In this document: piece after piece, positions 13,121 through 26,696 of the stretch
Position numbering within the stretch: the stretch's first letter is position 1
Layout: each line of letters starts with the position of its first letter
NCBI GenBank assembly: GCA_951406725.2
Contig: OX597839.1
Location: 2,728,001 to 2,792,000 of the forward strand
Length of the DNA stretch: 64,000 nt
From: Octopus vulgaris
Taxonomy: Eukaryota
Direction of reading: 5' to 3'
The notes under the pieces: model-generated
Seen by the model: the letters and a program-made list of their open reading frames with translations, nothing else
Told to the model about the DNA's origin: nothing
The model's database searches: none
Program-made: the position numbers and the translations under genes

Positions 13121-13350
13121 TTTGTGTGTCTTTGTGTCTGTGTTTGTCCCCTCCTCCTTGATACACGGGTGTTGGTGTGTTATGCCCCCTCCCCCATAAC
13201 TTAGCACTTTGGCAAAGAGACTGATAAAATATGTACTAGGCTTAACAAAAAAAAAAGTCCTGAGATTGATTTGTTTGACTAAAACCTTTCAAGGCAGTAT
13301 CCCAGGATGGACACAGTTCTCATGACTGAAACAAGTACAAAATATAAGAT
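12926..13350 (+). mobile_element. SINE family A, degenerate
   Basis: Same modules as 10061-10460, with a long internal (TA)n. Confidence 0.8.
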
Positions 13351-13389
13351 AACTGATGGCTTCCAGTGTTTAGAAAATGCCCATGTTAA

Positions 13390-13438
<49 letters not shown>

Positions 13439-14858
13439 ATGAATATATATATATATATATATATCATATTGCATGACAGCTACTTTTTAAGTGCTTATGA
13501 AGAATTGAAAATGTCAGAGTTATCTGGTGGGTGTTTTATATATATTTTGTAACACCTCTTTAACATGATGAACTTGAAAGAATGATTGCTTGTTTCCTTA
13601 CATCTGTAGAATGTCAATAATAATAATAATGATAATTAGCTGGACTCCGTGAAAAATTCACGGAAAACATAAAAAAATGTAAGCATCTGTAAACAGTGTA
13701 CTGGTGCCATGAGAAATGTTTGTATATTGTGACCGTCTGTCTTTATGTTCTGAGTTCAAATTCTGCTGAGATCAACTTTGCCTTTTGTCCTTTCGGGGTT
13801 GATAAATTAAGTATCAGTTGTGTACCGGGGTCGATAAATCAAATATCAGTTGTGTACTGGGGTTGATCTAATCAACTGGCCCCCTCCCCACAAAAAATTC
13901 AGGCCTAGGAAAGTATATTGTGACTGTTACAGAATATAGAAAGTAATGTAACACCAATGACTATATAATCCAACCAATAATCTCAGTTACACAACCGTAA
14001 ATGGAATTACTATTTAACCTCAGAATGCATCGTACATATTCAAAGAATCTTAATGTACAAATTGAAATGCAAAAGAACGAAATAATAAATGGATTTATGA
14101 ATGAAATTGGGTAATTGCGTTTATTTTCACTACGCGATATTTATTATTGCAAACATGTTTTAACTAATCTAAACTATATACACACGTGCCGGTGGCACAT
14201 AAAAGGCACCATTCAAGCATGATTGTTACCAGCGTCGCTTTACTGGCACCTGTGCCTGTAGCATGTGTAAAAAGATTCGAGCGAGGTCGTTGCCAGTACC
14301 GCCTGACTGGCCTCCATGCCGGTGGCACATAAAAATCACCCACTACACTCTCGGAGTGGTTGGCGTTAGGAAGGACATCCAGCTATAGAAACTCTGCCTG
14401 GTCAAGATTAGAGCCTGGTGCAGCCATCTGGTTTGCCAGCCCTCAGTCAAAGCAGACGTTAAACGACGGCGATGATGATGATGATATGTCTTGAGTTGTA
14501 ACTGTAATTCAAAGGGGCCAGCCTTGTCATATTCTGTGTGAGGCTGAATCTCCCAGAGAACTACATGCATGTCTGTGAAGTTCTCAACCATTTGTGAGTT
14601 AATTTTATCCTCATGTGGTAATGAAAAGTGAAATTGACATCCAATATTTGCTGTGTGTATGTATCTATGTATGAACTTTTCTTTGGATTTATGTATCTAC
14701 TGTCTCTCTCTCACTTTCTTTCACTTCCTTTGTGTCCCTCTTCTCTCTTGCTTTTGATTTAACAATGTGTATTAGTATCTCCTCTTGTGATGTGATAAAC
14801 ATTTAAAAACACAAAATGAATGCCATCACCACTAACTGTCTCTTTCACTCTCACTTTT

Positions 14859-14889
<31 letters not shown>

Positions 14890-15097
14890 TGTATATGTAT
14901 ATTGCTAAAATATTTAGTCATAATGACACATCGCCTAAAAAATATTCAGAAGTGTGTTACCTGATAAAATGACACTTTTTGCATACTCAAACTTGCTTAA
15001 TGTTACACTTGTATTCTGAATAAATATGCTATGGAAACGTGTAGTTATAATTTAAAATACCCATTCATTTTAGTCTTATTACTACACACACACACAC

Positions 15098-15319
15098 ACG
15101 AGGAGGTGCTGAAAAGTTCCTGGTTTTATGGGTGTCATGAAAGGCCTGGCTGGAGGCCCAACCTCCAAGTTCTTTTACAAGGCTTAGAAAAACTGAAGGA
15201 CTGATGCAATAAGTGCGTGAATCTGAGAGGGGAATATGTTGAATAAAATCATGATTAACTGATCATCCCGTATTTTCTTTTGCCTAAAGCCAGAAACCTT
15301 TTTCAGCACCCCACCTCGT
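15098..15319 (+). mobile_element. Complete mariner-derived MITE (about 220 bp)
   Basis: Imperfect TIRs acgaggaggtgctgaaaagttcctggtttta / taaagccagaaacctttttcagcaccccacctcgt; internal remnant GLEKLKD*CNKCVNLRGEYVE*; sits in a (CA)n tract. Confidence 0.88.
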
Positions 15320-15420
15320 TTACACACACACAAAACAGTTTTCATTTTAGGTTTGCTTGATATGTTTGGCTTGGGGCTAAATAACAACAGTGGTTGTAAA
15401 ACACACACACACACACACAC

Positions 15421-15451
<31 letters not shown>

Positions 15452-15819
15452 GAGACAGAGACAGACAGACAGAGGTTGGAACATGGGTGGCAGAGAACAG
15501 GCACAAGTGAAGTGCAAGGTGGTAGTGCTGCCAATCAAGGGCGGGGTCATTCTTCAATATCGCCAATATCATAATTGTCTTCTATAAGAGAAAGCAGTCC
15601 TTATTGCATAAAATATATGATATTTATGATGATAACATTATCAAACAATGAATGACCAGCATAATTGTGACAGGCCACTTTAATAATTCATTTTCATGTT
15701 TCATCTGACTACGACGACGACGACTGCTGCTGCTGCTACTACTACTGCTACTACTACTGTAGCAGCTTGCTAGTTCTGTGCTACTTCCAAATGGCTCATT
15801 GGTTAGATTGTTTAAAGTA

Positions 15820-17400
15820 ATACAAGGTGCATTCTAGAAATGTTCACACTTTTCCAGGAGAGACATTTAATAATTTCAGAGAATTAAGAAAATGCTAATC
15901 GCCTCCGACTTTAATCTACTTGTATAAGCACTTCAGCCACTTTGTGAAGGCACCATGAAAGTTCTGCAAATTGATTGTGTTCAGGACCCTTGCCACCTTG
16001 TCATCTTGCTTTATCTTCTCTGTTTTCAAAACAACTGCCCCTGAGGTTTTCCTTCAGATTAGAGAACAACTAAGTCACAGGGACCAAGGTCAGGACTATA
16101 GGGAGGGTGAAGGAGTTTTGATGCCCATCTCTGTCAAGTAGTTGGTTACCAATTTCAAAGAAGTATTAAAATGCTAATCTCCTTCACTGTAGGATCCTCT
16201 GACTTCAATGCCCTTGTAGAGCTTCAACGACTTTGTGAAGGCCCCATGGTAGTTCTGCAAAGTGGTGGTGTCCTTGTCACATCTTCCTTCATTTTTTCAG
16301 TGTCTTCAAATCTCTACCCCTGAGGTTTTCCTTCAGCTTGGGGAACAACTGAAAGTTGTCACAGGGAGTATGGTCTGGACGACAAGGAGGGTGAGTGAGT
16401 TTTGATACTCATCTTCGTCAAGTAGTTAGTTACCAACTTCTTAACGAAGACGGGCTCTGATGAACACACTCTGTTCTAGGATGCTCATCACTGAGCACCA
16501 TGGAAACAAACTTTGCACAAATTTTACACATGTAACTTAGCGGTTCGGCAAAGGAGACCGATAGAATAAGGCTTACAAAGAATAAGTCCTGGGGTCGATT
16601 TGCTCGACTAAAGGTGGTGCTCCAGCATGGCCACAGTCAAATGACTGAAACACGTAAAAGAGAGAGTATGTTCAGATTTTCATGAATAATTTGTTGTACA
16701 GTTGCCACACCAACTCCAAACTGTATGCTTGTCACCTTTATAAACAGATGCTCAACAGGCTTCATCTAGAAAATTATGGATTTCTCAACCAGCTCTGATA
16801 TTCTGATGTCCTTCTCCCTCTCATCTCTCACCTCCTCTCTACCATCCTTGGACCTCCTGTGTCAGTGAGAAAGTTAATTCATCAGCAGTCTGGAGCATTT
16901 CATAAGTTTTTGTAGCGATTTTGCCTAGTTTAACCCTTAAGTATTTAACCCTTTAGTGTTCAGATTATTCTATCAAACATAATGCTTATTGATTCCCATT
17001 GATTTGAATTAATCATGCATTATCTCATATCTTCAAGATCTTGATGGTGTAATTACTTAATGTAGAGTAACATTGTAGGGTAGGTGTGAGAGCCTGGATC
17101 TGGTCAGTTTGAGCATAAAACAGATTAAATATTTTGGCCGGGTATGGCCGGTTTAAATACTAAAGGGTTAAACCGGTCACATCTGGCCCAAATATTCTTC
17201 CTGCTTCATGCTCAAACCAACCAGGTCTGACCTCTTACAACTACCCTACAATGTCATTCTAAAAATAAGCAATCACATCATCAAAATCTCAAAGCTTGAT
17301 TAATTCAAAGCAGTGTGAATAAATAAGTTACATTTGACAAAATATACTCTAAATACTAAAGGATTAATACAAAACTTTATTCGTTAGTGAGCTTTCAAAG
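15820..17400 (-). pseudogene. Decayed mariner transposase with a tandemly duplicated C-terminal segment and nested insertions
   Basis: Minus-strand pieces IKFCI|KLGKIATKTYEMLQTA (split at TTAA 16930/17364), CKICAKFVSMVLSDE, HPPCRPDHTPCDNFQLFPKLKENLRG (about 16320-16395) and HPPYSPDLGPCD..LKENLRG (about 16040-16110). Confidence 0.88.
16934..17363. mobile_element. piggyBac-like TTAA MITE containing an inverted copy of the same family (16949-17167)
   Basis: TTAA at 16930-16933, 16945-16948, 17168-17171 and 17364-17367; termini ccctttag / ctaaaggg. Other family copies at about 27420-27640, 30740-30935, 45575-45752 and 46947-47125. Confidence 0.85.
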
Positions 17401-17682
17401 GCCCTGGTTGCATTTTATGCATACCAAAAATTTATGACAAACAATGTTTAGTAGGGTGCATTCAAAGTCTTATTACAGCTGTTTCTTTCAGTCTGGAATA
17501 ACAAACTTTGGCAAATCAGCTTATTGGATGTGTAGTAATGATATACAGCAACCCCTCACCATATTACAGTTCACCTATCGCGGTTTATTATTTAAGCTTA
17601 TGTTGATTCCTCTGTGGTGTTATTTTGCATTTATAATAAAATAAATATCTATAACAGTAATTAAAAAAAAATAGATGATACA

Positions 17683-17844
17683 GGTGCAGGAGTGGCTGTG
17701 TGGTAAGTAGCTTCTTTACCAACCACATGGTTCTAGGTTCAGTCCCACTGCGTGGCACCTTGGGCAAGTGTCTTCTACTATAGCCTCGGGCTGACCAAAG
17801 CCTTGTGAGTGGATTTGGTAGACGGAAACTGAAAGAAGCCCGTC

Positions 17845-17887
<43 letters not shown>

Positions 17888-18106
17888 CGTGTGTTTGTGT
17901 GTCTGTGTTTGACCCCTAGCTTTGCTTCACAACTGATGCTGGTGTGTTTATGTCCCCGTCACTTAGCGGTTCGGCAAAAGAGACCGATAAAATAAGTACT
18001 GGGCTTACAAAGAATAAGTTCTGGGGTCGAGTTGCTCGATTAAAGGTGGTGCTCCAGCATGGCCGCAGTCAAATGACTAAAACAAGTAAAAGAGTAAAGA
18101 GAGAGT
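17683..18106 (+). mobile_element. Full-length young SINE family A
   Basis: Nearly identical to 54439-54826 and 10061-10460. Confidence 0.9.
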
Positions 18107-18714
18107 ACTGTTTTTACTTCGCAGATTTTCTCCTATCACAGGTTGGTTTTGGAATATAACACCCATGATAGTCAAGAGATTGCTGTACTAAAATTACAAT
18201 GGTCTTGGATAGTCATAACTGCCTCACCTCAAAATGTCCTAAAACTTCTGGAATTCACCTCAGAATTGATTGGTTTTTATTCTTTTACTAGTTTTTGTTA
18301 TTGGCTGGAATCCATGATAAGGCACCATCTTGAAGGGTTTCAGTCAGTTTTTATATCGATTCCACTAACAACACATCCGGTACTTATTTTTTTGAATGGC
18401 TAAATTCACCTAAGTGATGTATCTCGGCTGACTAAATACCGCAAGATATTTTTTTCATTTAACGCACCGATTTTATTAGCCATCTACTTGCCAACACACA
18501 CATGTATATATTTATGTGTGTATCTTCTGGATGATAAATATGTTTAAATTATGTCACAGTCGATAAAACATATACACAAGCAAAAATTGCACCTGTCTCG
18601 CACTAATACACAAATTAGTTTTGTATAAATGATGTATGAATGAGATGAATGTTTATTCATTGTTTGCTTGGCTTGAAATGACACAAAAACATACACACAC
18701 CAATGTGTGTGGTT

Positions 18715-18741
18715 TGTGTGTGCGTATGTGTGTGTGTGTGC

Positions 18742-18773
<32 letters not shown>

Positions 18774-19133
18774 ATTTATATATATATATATATGAATATA
18801 TTTATATATATGTGTGTGTATGTGTGTATGCATATATGTATGTGTACAATATATATGTGTGTGTACATAAATGTTGATGTTTATATATGTTTGGGTATAT
18901 ATGTGTATATTTAGGTATATTTATGTCTGTGTGTATGTGTATATATATATACATATATATCTATCTATCTATCTATATATATATATATATATATATATAA
19001 CATACACACCCACACATATATATATATACACACACACCTATGTATATATACACATACATATATATATATATATATGCACACACACACATATACATATATA
19101 TATATACATACATATATATATACATATATACAC

Positions 19134-19208
<75 letters not shown>

Positions 19209-19305
19209 AAATATATACATATATATACATATATATACATGCATATATATAAATATATATATATACATGTATATATATAAATATATATATGTATGTATAT
19301 ATGTA
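18715..19305. repeat. Compound (TG)/(TA)/(CA) microsatellite
   Basis: Direct inspection. Confidence 0.95.
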
Positions 19306-19676
19306 TAAATAGGCCAATCGTCTGTTGGTTTCAACAGTAAATGTTCCAGTTCAATCAACTACTTACAAAGCATTTATTTATTCATCATCATCCATATCAA
19401 TGGCTGAGTATTCCACAAACACATTTACCTATAATCTAGCCTATTGGCACAATTAGCATGGCACAATTTTTGACAAAGCTGGTTGTTTGAATTCAAAAAG
19501 GTTCAGTCCTTCTTCAGGTGTCCTGCCTCAGTTTAGATCAGTCTAGTTTCACTGGCAAAATGTTGTTTTGATCTGAAGTAAGAGAAAGACACTTGTCAAA
19601 GATGCTTTGTAATGGGAGTGAACATGGACGTTTTGATTGCAAAGTGAACTTCTAAGTCACTTGGCAATATCTGTAC

Positions 19677-19725
<49 letters not shown>

Positions 19726-22579
19726 ACCCTCCGGCCCCTGTGCAGGTGGCACGTAAAAAGCACCCAATCCACTCACGGAGTGGTTGGCGTTAGGAAGGGC
19801 ATCCAGCCGTAGAAACTCTGCCAGATTTCAGACTGGAGCCTGGAGCGGCCCCTGGCTTCCCAGACCCGGTCAAACCGTCCAACCCGTGCTAGCGCGGAAA
19901 GCGGACGTTAAACGATGATGATGATGATGATGATATATATATATATTATACACATGCATACATATAACATACATGATCATGTACATGTGTGTGTCTGTAC
20001 ATTTGTAACTCTGTGTGTGTGTGTGTGTGTGCACATATATATGTTTATATACATATATCAGGTGAGGGGTGAATGTGTGTGCATATATATGTGTTTGGTT
20101 TATATATAGGGATAGAGATGTGTGTGTGGTTTGCATATATTTATTCATACATACGCATATACAAATACAGACAGCTTTTTCTTCTGCTATTTGTTTGACT
20201 GTCTTTCCCAGTTTTCTCTATCAGTTTTTGTTACTCTTTCTCTTTGTGTATGTATGTATGTATGTATATATATACACACACACACATATATATATACATA
20301 CACAAATTCACTGACATATGTGTTCAGTAGGCCGAGCACTGATAATGGATCATTCTACAACAGTAATACACACACACACACACACCTATGTACATGTACA
20401 TACACATATACATATATGCACATGTATATGTTCTTTGGTTAAGCACTCACCTAATATTTTCTGCTCTATCCATATGCGCTTATCAGTTCTTTTTGCTTTC
20501 TTACACTATTTTGATAAATACCTGGTGATGGTCACGATAAACATATTAGGCCATGACTATATTTATCCGTTTCTTTGCAGATAACACCATTCGGTTTGGT
20601 TGAAATTAGATTTTTTTTCTTCAAATTGTCTGCCCTCTCCACCATTTATCCATCTGTATGTTAAAGAACTCACTGCAATTCTAGAGAGAAATTCCAATAT
20701 ATCCACCAGTATCTGCAGTTGTAAATTCAATGTTTTTTATACAATGATATCAAATAATTTATTTTTCAATGATTTTAATACCAAATTGTCTGAGATTTTG
20801 GTAATAAAATGCTTATATTTAAATTAGAATGACATTGTCAAATTTCATTTGGTCAACATAGATATATCATCATCATCGTTTAATGCCTACTTTTCCATGC
20901 TTGTATGTGTCAGATGGAGTTTGTTGAAGCAGAATTTCTATGGCCAGGTATTATTTCCCCATGACCAGATGTTTTTCATGGAAGACTGGAAATGAACAAC
21001 CCCACGTGTATAACAATGATGTTCATTTACAACCATTATATGATGTCTAGATAAGGGTCTACACAAACACATGCATACATACACACACACACATACACAT
21101 ATATCATGATAATTTAGGACTACTAAAATCTTTAAGACATTCTGAAGGTCCTTCACAACCTTGCTTCCAAGTAGGTGGCCAGTCAAAGAGAAAGAGAACA
21201 TACATACAATACATATCATCATCATCATCTGTTTTCTATCCTGGTATGGGGTGGATGGTTCAACAGGAACTGGCAAGTCAGAAGCTTGCACCAAGCTTTG
21301 CTGTTTGCTTTGGCTGGATGCCCTTCTTAACACCAACCACTTTATAGAATGTACTGGGTGCTTTTTATGTGGCATCAGCACTAGCAAGGGCACCAAGTAA
21401 CTTGCGAGACAAGGGGAGTAGGATTAAGGAACAGAAAAAGATGTCTTGCAGTAGATATGGAACATGGCTACTTCAGGTGGAGGGTGAGAGAGAAAGAAGA
21501 TTGTGAAGATGAGACGGTGGTGGTGGGCACCCCCCCCCTCAATTACGAAGAAGTGTCTATTGGAAGTGGACCGGGGATTTCAGAGGCTAAGTGGGTGGGT
21601 GAGTAAGTTCTTGAGATTGCAAAAGGAGAATGTGAGATGGAAGATGCAAGATGGAGAGAATGTAGTGAGTGTGCACAGGTAGAGGGAATGGGTATGTTGT
21701 GGGGAACAACAGGTTTCTTTCAGTTTCCGCCTACCAAATCCACTCACAAGGCTTTTGTAAACAACGCTATCCTATGGTGCTGTGCAGTGGAACTGAACTC
21801 AACACCACATGGTTGGGATATATTTGGTTGCTATTTCCTGCAAGTTGAATTGACCATGTAGAGACCACCCCCCGTCATTTCATTGGCTCATATAAATCAA
21901 TGTTGATGTTGTTTTTAGAATTCGCTGGTTTATTTATTTAAATTTTCTATATTTCAAGGTTTAACACTTCAATATTTCAAATCTTCCTCAACGGCTGGTT
22001 TCTTTTTTTGTGTTGTTTTTGTTTTTCCTCGTTTTTTTTTTCTAATTTTTTTTTAAAGTTTTAAACTTTCTGCAAAATTGAGGAATCATGTCATATTGAC
22101 AAGTTAAATCAGTTTTGCTTCGTTGAAGAAATGCTTACGTCATTAAGACAAATTGCTTTCATTATCTTCATTTGCAAGCAATAATGATAACAGTAGTAGT
22201 AGTAGTAGTAGTAGTATTGTCATCAGACTCTGCATTCACCCAAGTTCTAAAAACTGCATTTAAATGGTGACTATTGGAAGCAGTACAAATATAAATGTTG
22301 CTACTAAAACACCCTTATCTTTTGCTCTCTCTCCCCTTCTCTCTCTCTCTCTCTCTCTCTCATCATCATCTCTTTTCCCTCTCATTTCTGTGTGTGCATA
22401 CGTGCATCTGCGTGCGTGCAGATTTTTCACTAAGCATGTTCTCTTTAGCTTTCACTTGTACGTGTTGAGCATTCACTCGTACATGTTGAACATGTACGAG
22501 CTTTCACTTGTACATCTGTCTGTTTGTCTCTGTCACTGCTACCTGTTCATTTTCATATTGATTACACTGGAACCAATTC

Positions 22580-22812
22580 TATCCATCATCATCATCATAT
22601 CACAATCATCATCTCCCTATCATCATCATGACCGTCATCTGTCGTCATCATCATCATTTCGATTATCAGCCTCCCTACCAGCATCATTAATATCATCTCC
22701 ACCATCATCATCATGATCTCCACCACCATCACCACCACAATCATCTCCAGCACCATCATGATCACTACCATTATCATTACATGCAACATCATTTCTGTTG
22801 TCATTATCATCA
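22580..22812. repeat. Degenerate (CAT)n tract continuous with the tail of a minus-strand family C element
   Basis: catcat repeats run into catcgtttaacgtc. Confidence 0.85.
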
Positions 22813-23221
22813 TCGTTTAACGTCTGCTTTCCGTGCTAGCATGGGTTGGACGGTTTGACTGGGGTCTGGGAAGCCAGGAGGCTGCACCAGGCTCCAATCT
22901 TGATCTGGCAGTGTTTCTACAGCTGGATGCCCTTCCTAATGCCAACCACTCCATGAGTGTAGTGGGTGCTTTTTACGTGCCATCTTTATTATATCCATTC
23001 AGTGATATCATTTTGTTGTCATCATCATCATTGTACAAAAAAGAGTTAGAAAAGGTATTCATGATGATAAATGTTTTATCAGTAAAGCAACAGCAGTGTG
23101 TAGCTCCTTCTACTAACAACCAAATACTGTTCATAACCAAATCTGAAAATTCGATTGGTGACTGGATTTCATTGGTGAAACAACTAATAATGGTCAGTTA
23201 ACTGTAATTGATCTCTTATCT

Positions 23222-23837
23222 TGGTTTTTGCTTGTTTCAGTCATTAGGTTGTGGCCATGCTGGGGAACTGCCTTGAAGAATTTTAGTTGCATGTACTTTT
23301 TTGTTTTAGCCTGATACTTATTCTATCGGATCTCTTTTGATGAACTGTTAGAGGATGTAAACACAACAACACTGGTTGTCAAACACTGGTGGGAGACAGA
23401 CAGACACACATACATGCATACATTCATACGATGGACTTCTTTCAGTTTCCATCCACCAAATCCACTCACAAAGCTTTGGTCAGCCTGAAGCTATAGTAGA
23501 AGACATTTGAAGGCGGTGAGCTGGCAGAAACGTTAGCACGCCGGGCGAAATGCATAGCTGTATTTCGTCCGCCGTTACGTTCTGAGTTCAAATTCCGCCG
23601 AGGTTGACTTTGCCTTTCATCCTTTCGGGGTTGATAAAGTGCCAGTTACGCACTAGGGTCGATGTAATCGACTTAATCCCTTTGTCTGTCCTTGTTTGTC
23701 CTCTCTATGTTTAGCCCCTTTGTGGGCAGTAAAGAAATATATAGTAGAAGACATTTCTCCAAGGTGTCACTTAGTGAGACTGAACCCAGAACCATGTGGG
23801 TTGGGAAGCAAACTTCTTACCACACAACCACTCCTGC
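23222..23837 (-). mobile_element. SINE family A (minus) interrupted by SINE family B (+, 23512-23738)
   Basis: The B insertion has TSD tatagtagaagacattt at 23492-23508 and 23740-23756. Confidence 0.85.
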
Positions 23838-24092
23838 ACTCATATTAAATTTATAATCTTGTGCTCCCCCTCCAAAAAGACAAACACAGATACAAACAAA
23901 GTCCAAGATAAGTAGTGGTTGTCTAAGAAAATGATTAACGAAGTTTGCAAGTAGGGATGGTACACTTCATAACCATGTAGTTCTTCAATTGATACTGCTA
24001 TGAGGTACTTTGGGCAAATATCTTCTATCAAAGCCAAGGCTTGACTGGTTCCTGTGATGAAAAGATGAGAATTTTGACTCAGGCCTGTATGA

Positions 24093-24190
24093 GTTCCATT
24101 CCAAACAAAACTGTCCGACGAACAGGAATTTGAAACTCTGAGTAATAGTCTTTGTGATATTTTTGCTGCATGAGAGAGAGAGAGAGAGAG

Positions 24191-24224
<34 letters not shown>

Positions 24225-24683
24225 GTATGCATATTATCATTATTGTTTTTAATCCAACCCAAGCAAGATTTTTTTCCATGCTTGCATGGGCTAAATGTTA
24301 AAATGATGCTGATGATAATGACTGATGTTTATTACACACACACACACACATACACACACACGAACAAAACTGGCACTCTGTTGGTTATGACGACGAGTGT
24401 TCCAGTTCACCCGATCAACAGAACAACCGCTTGTGAAATTAATGTGCCACCGTATGAGCACTCCACAGACACGTGTACCCTTAACCTAGTTGTCAGGGTG
24501 ATTCAGCATGACACAGAATGTAACAAGGCTGGCCCCTTTGAATGACAGGCGCGACTCATTTTTGCCAGCTGAGTGAACTGGACCAACATGAAATAAAGCG
24601 TCTTGCTCAAAGACACATTGCACTGCTAGGGAACTGAACTCACAACCTTATCCTGAACTGTATATCTCTAACCACTAAACCAT

Positions 24684-24725
<42 letters not shown>

Positions 24726-25329
24726 ATATGAAAAGGCTTTATTTGAAGCATTTCATCTGTTTCAACATAATGAAATAAGTGTTTCCTAGAAGAATCTGCG
24801 TCCAATTGCACAATGAACATACACTACAGATGATGTAAACAGCCACAATGTTGAAACATGCATAGGGAGCAAATGCCATAAACTGCATCTTGTGTTTATC
24901 ATAATTTCTCCTGCCTTTGTTCTGTCTAACATAACTAGTAATACTACTAATCACAGTAGTAACCACATGACTACTGGATGATGATACTCTATGTGGATCT
25001 CTAAATTCACCTGTAGCAGTCGTACATCCAGGAATTACTACACACACAATTGCAGCAGGGAAGATGTTTATAAGCCATTTAAGAACACACAAAAAACTGT
25101 TAAATTCACTTCAACATTTAAATTAGATTTGTGTCTATGTATTTTCATCGCTTTGAAACAGTAACTTGTTCACTGACAAAACTTTGTGCTGCATTTGTTT
25201 TTGTTTCAGATCAAATCACTTGCTGTGCAAGTACATCTCCGTATATTAAAATGCAGCAAAAATATCACAAAAACTATCATTCAGAGTTTCAAATTCCTGT
25301 TCGTCGGACAGTTTTGTTTGGAATGGAAC
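24093..25329. repeat. 79-bp inverted repeat pair (24093-24171 and 25251-25329), 3 mismatches
   Basis: Manual reverse-complement alignment gives 76/79 identity. Confidence 0.93.
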
Positions 25330-25597
25330 AAAATAAGGTTATATGTATAAATATACAATTAGCTTGATAGATACACATTTGAAAATGGTTTTGTTTCATT
25401 AGTCCTTTCAACTAATGGCTTTTTCAGTGAGTGGTTCATAAAATTACAATTGTAGTTTAAAATCATAACATAAAAAGAAGAAAACCTAAAATAAAAAATA
25501 AAGCATATTACTCTACCTCCGGTATTTGAGTACTATTTTTGCCACCTTGTTTCATGTTTACATGCTTACTCTCATATATATATATGTGTATATATAT

Positions 25598-25647
<50 letters not shown>

Positions 25648-26696
25648 ATGTATATACACACACACACACACGTTAATATTTAGCAGAAGCAAGAGTGACT
25701 CAAGGTCCAAGAGTTTTGTGTGTTAGCACTAATCGCTTATTTGCCCATAAGTCAGAAAACAAAAAAGCATACTCGGCATGAGAAATGGAATGGTTATATG
25801 CCATAACCATCAGCATACCACTCAAAAGATATATACTACTGCAAACACATACACACTCACACACACACATCATTCATTCAATTTTATGTTTGTGTTTCCA
25901 TGCTGATATTGGTTTGATGTAACTTGTTCAGAGAGATTTTCTACGGTTGGATGCTCTGCCTGTTATCATCAGCCTTTACCAATTACAGAAAAGTTGCATT
26001 CCTGAACATTCTGCTGTTGTGTGGAATCCTGTAAGAGGAAACCTATTTTCCTTTGCTTTCCATGGTACATGAAAATCAGTGAACATGATGAGTATGGAAG
26101 TCAGTCACCGGGGAATAATATTTTATGTTATGGCAAGGTTTTCAGGAACACAATACTTCTGTAATATGCAGATGCCTGTAGTTCATCATCATAGTCGTTA
26201 TCATCATCGGCAGCAGAGTAGCGCCGTCGTTGTTGTCTTCATTGTCTTCATTATCATCATCGTCATCATTTGCATCTTCATGATGATCATCAGCATTGTC
26301 ATTGTCACCTTCCTCATCATAAGCAGCATTGTCATCATCATCGTCATCAATATGTTCTCTTGACTTCCTTTTCCCATGCTTGCATGGGTCAGATGTGGTT
26401 TGTTGAGAAAGACTTTCTATGACTGGAATTTCTTCTTGTCTCCAAACTTTCATGCAGAAGAAGGAGCAAGAACTCCTGAAATATGCATATACCCCCATTT
26501 GCTACTTTTTGCATTCTTTGATTGAATTGTTTACATAAAATGTTGGCCATATCTGGATATGAAATGTAAGAAATCAGTGCTGGCTATAATTTCTATAAAA
26601 AATCTTAGAGATAACCTTTAAAAACCTCATCTGTTTCCAAGCAAGGTAATATTCCTTCATGCTCAGACAAAGATTTTCTTGGGAGACTAGTAAACT

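Noticed and set aside
24739-25092. 117-aa minus-strand ORF in non-repetitive sequence
   Set aside because: No recognisable domain and no ATG start; unsupported without a database search.
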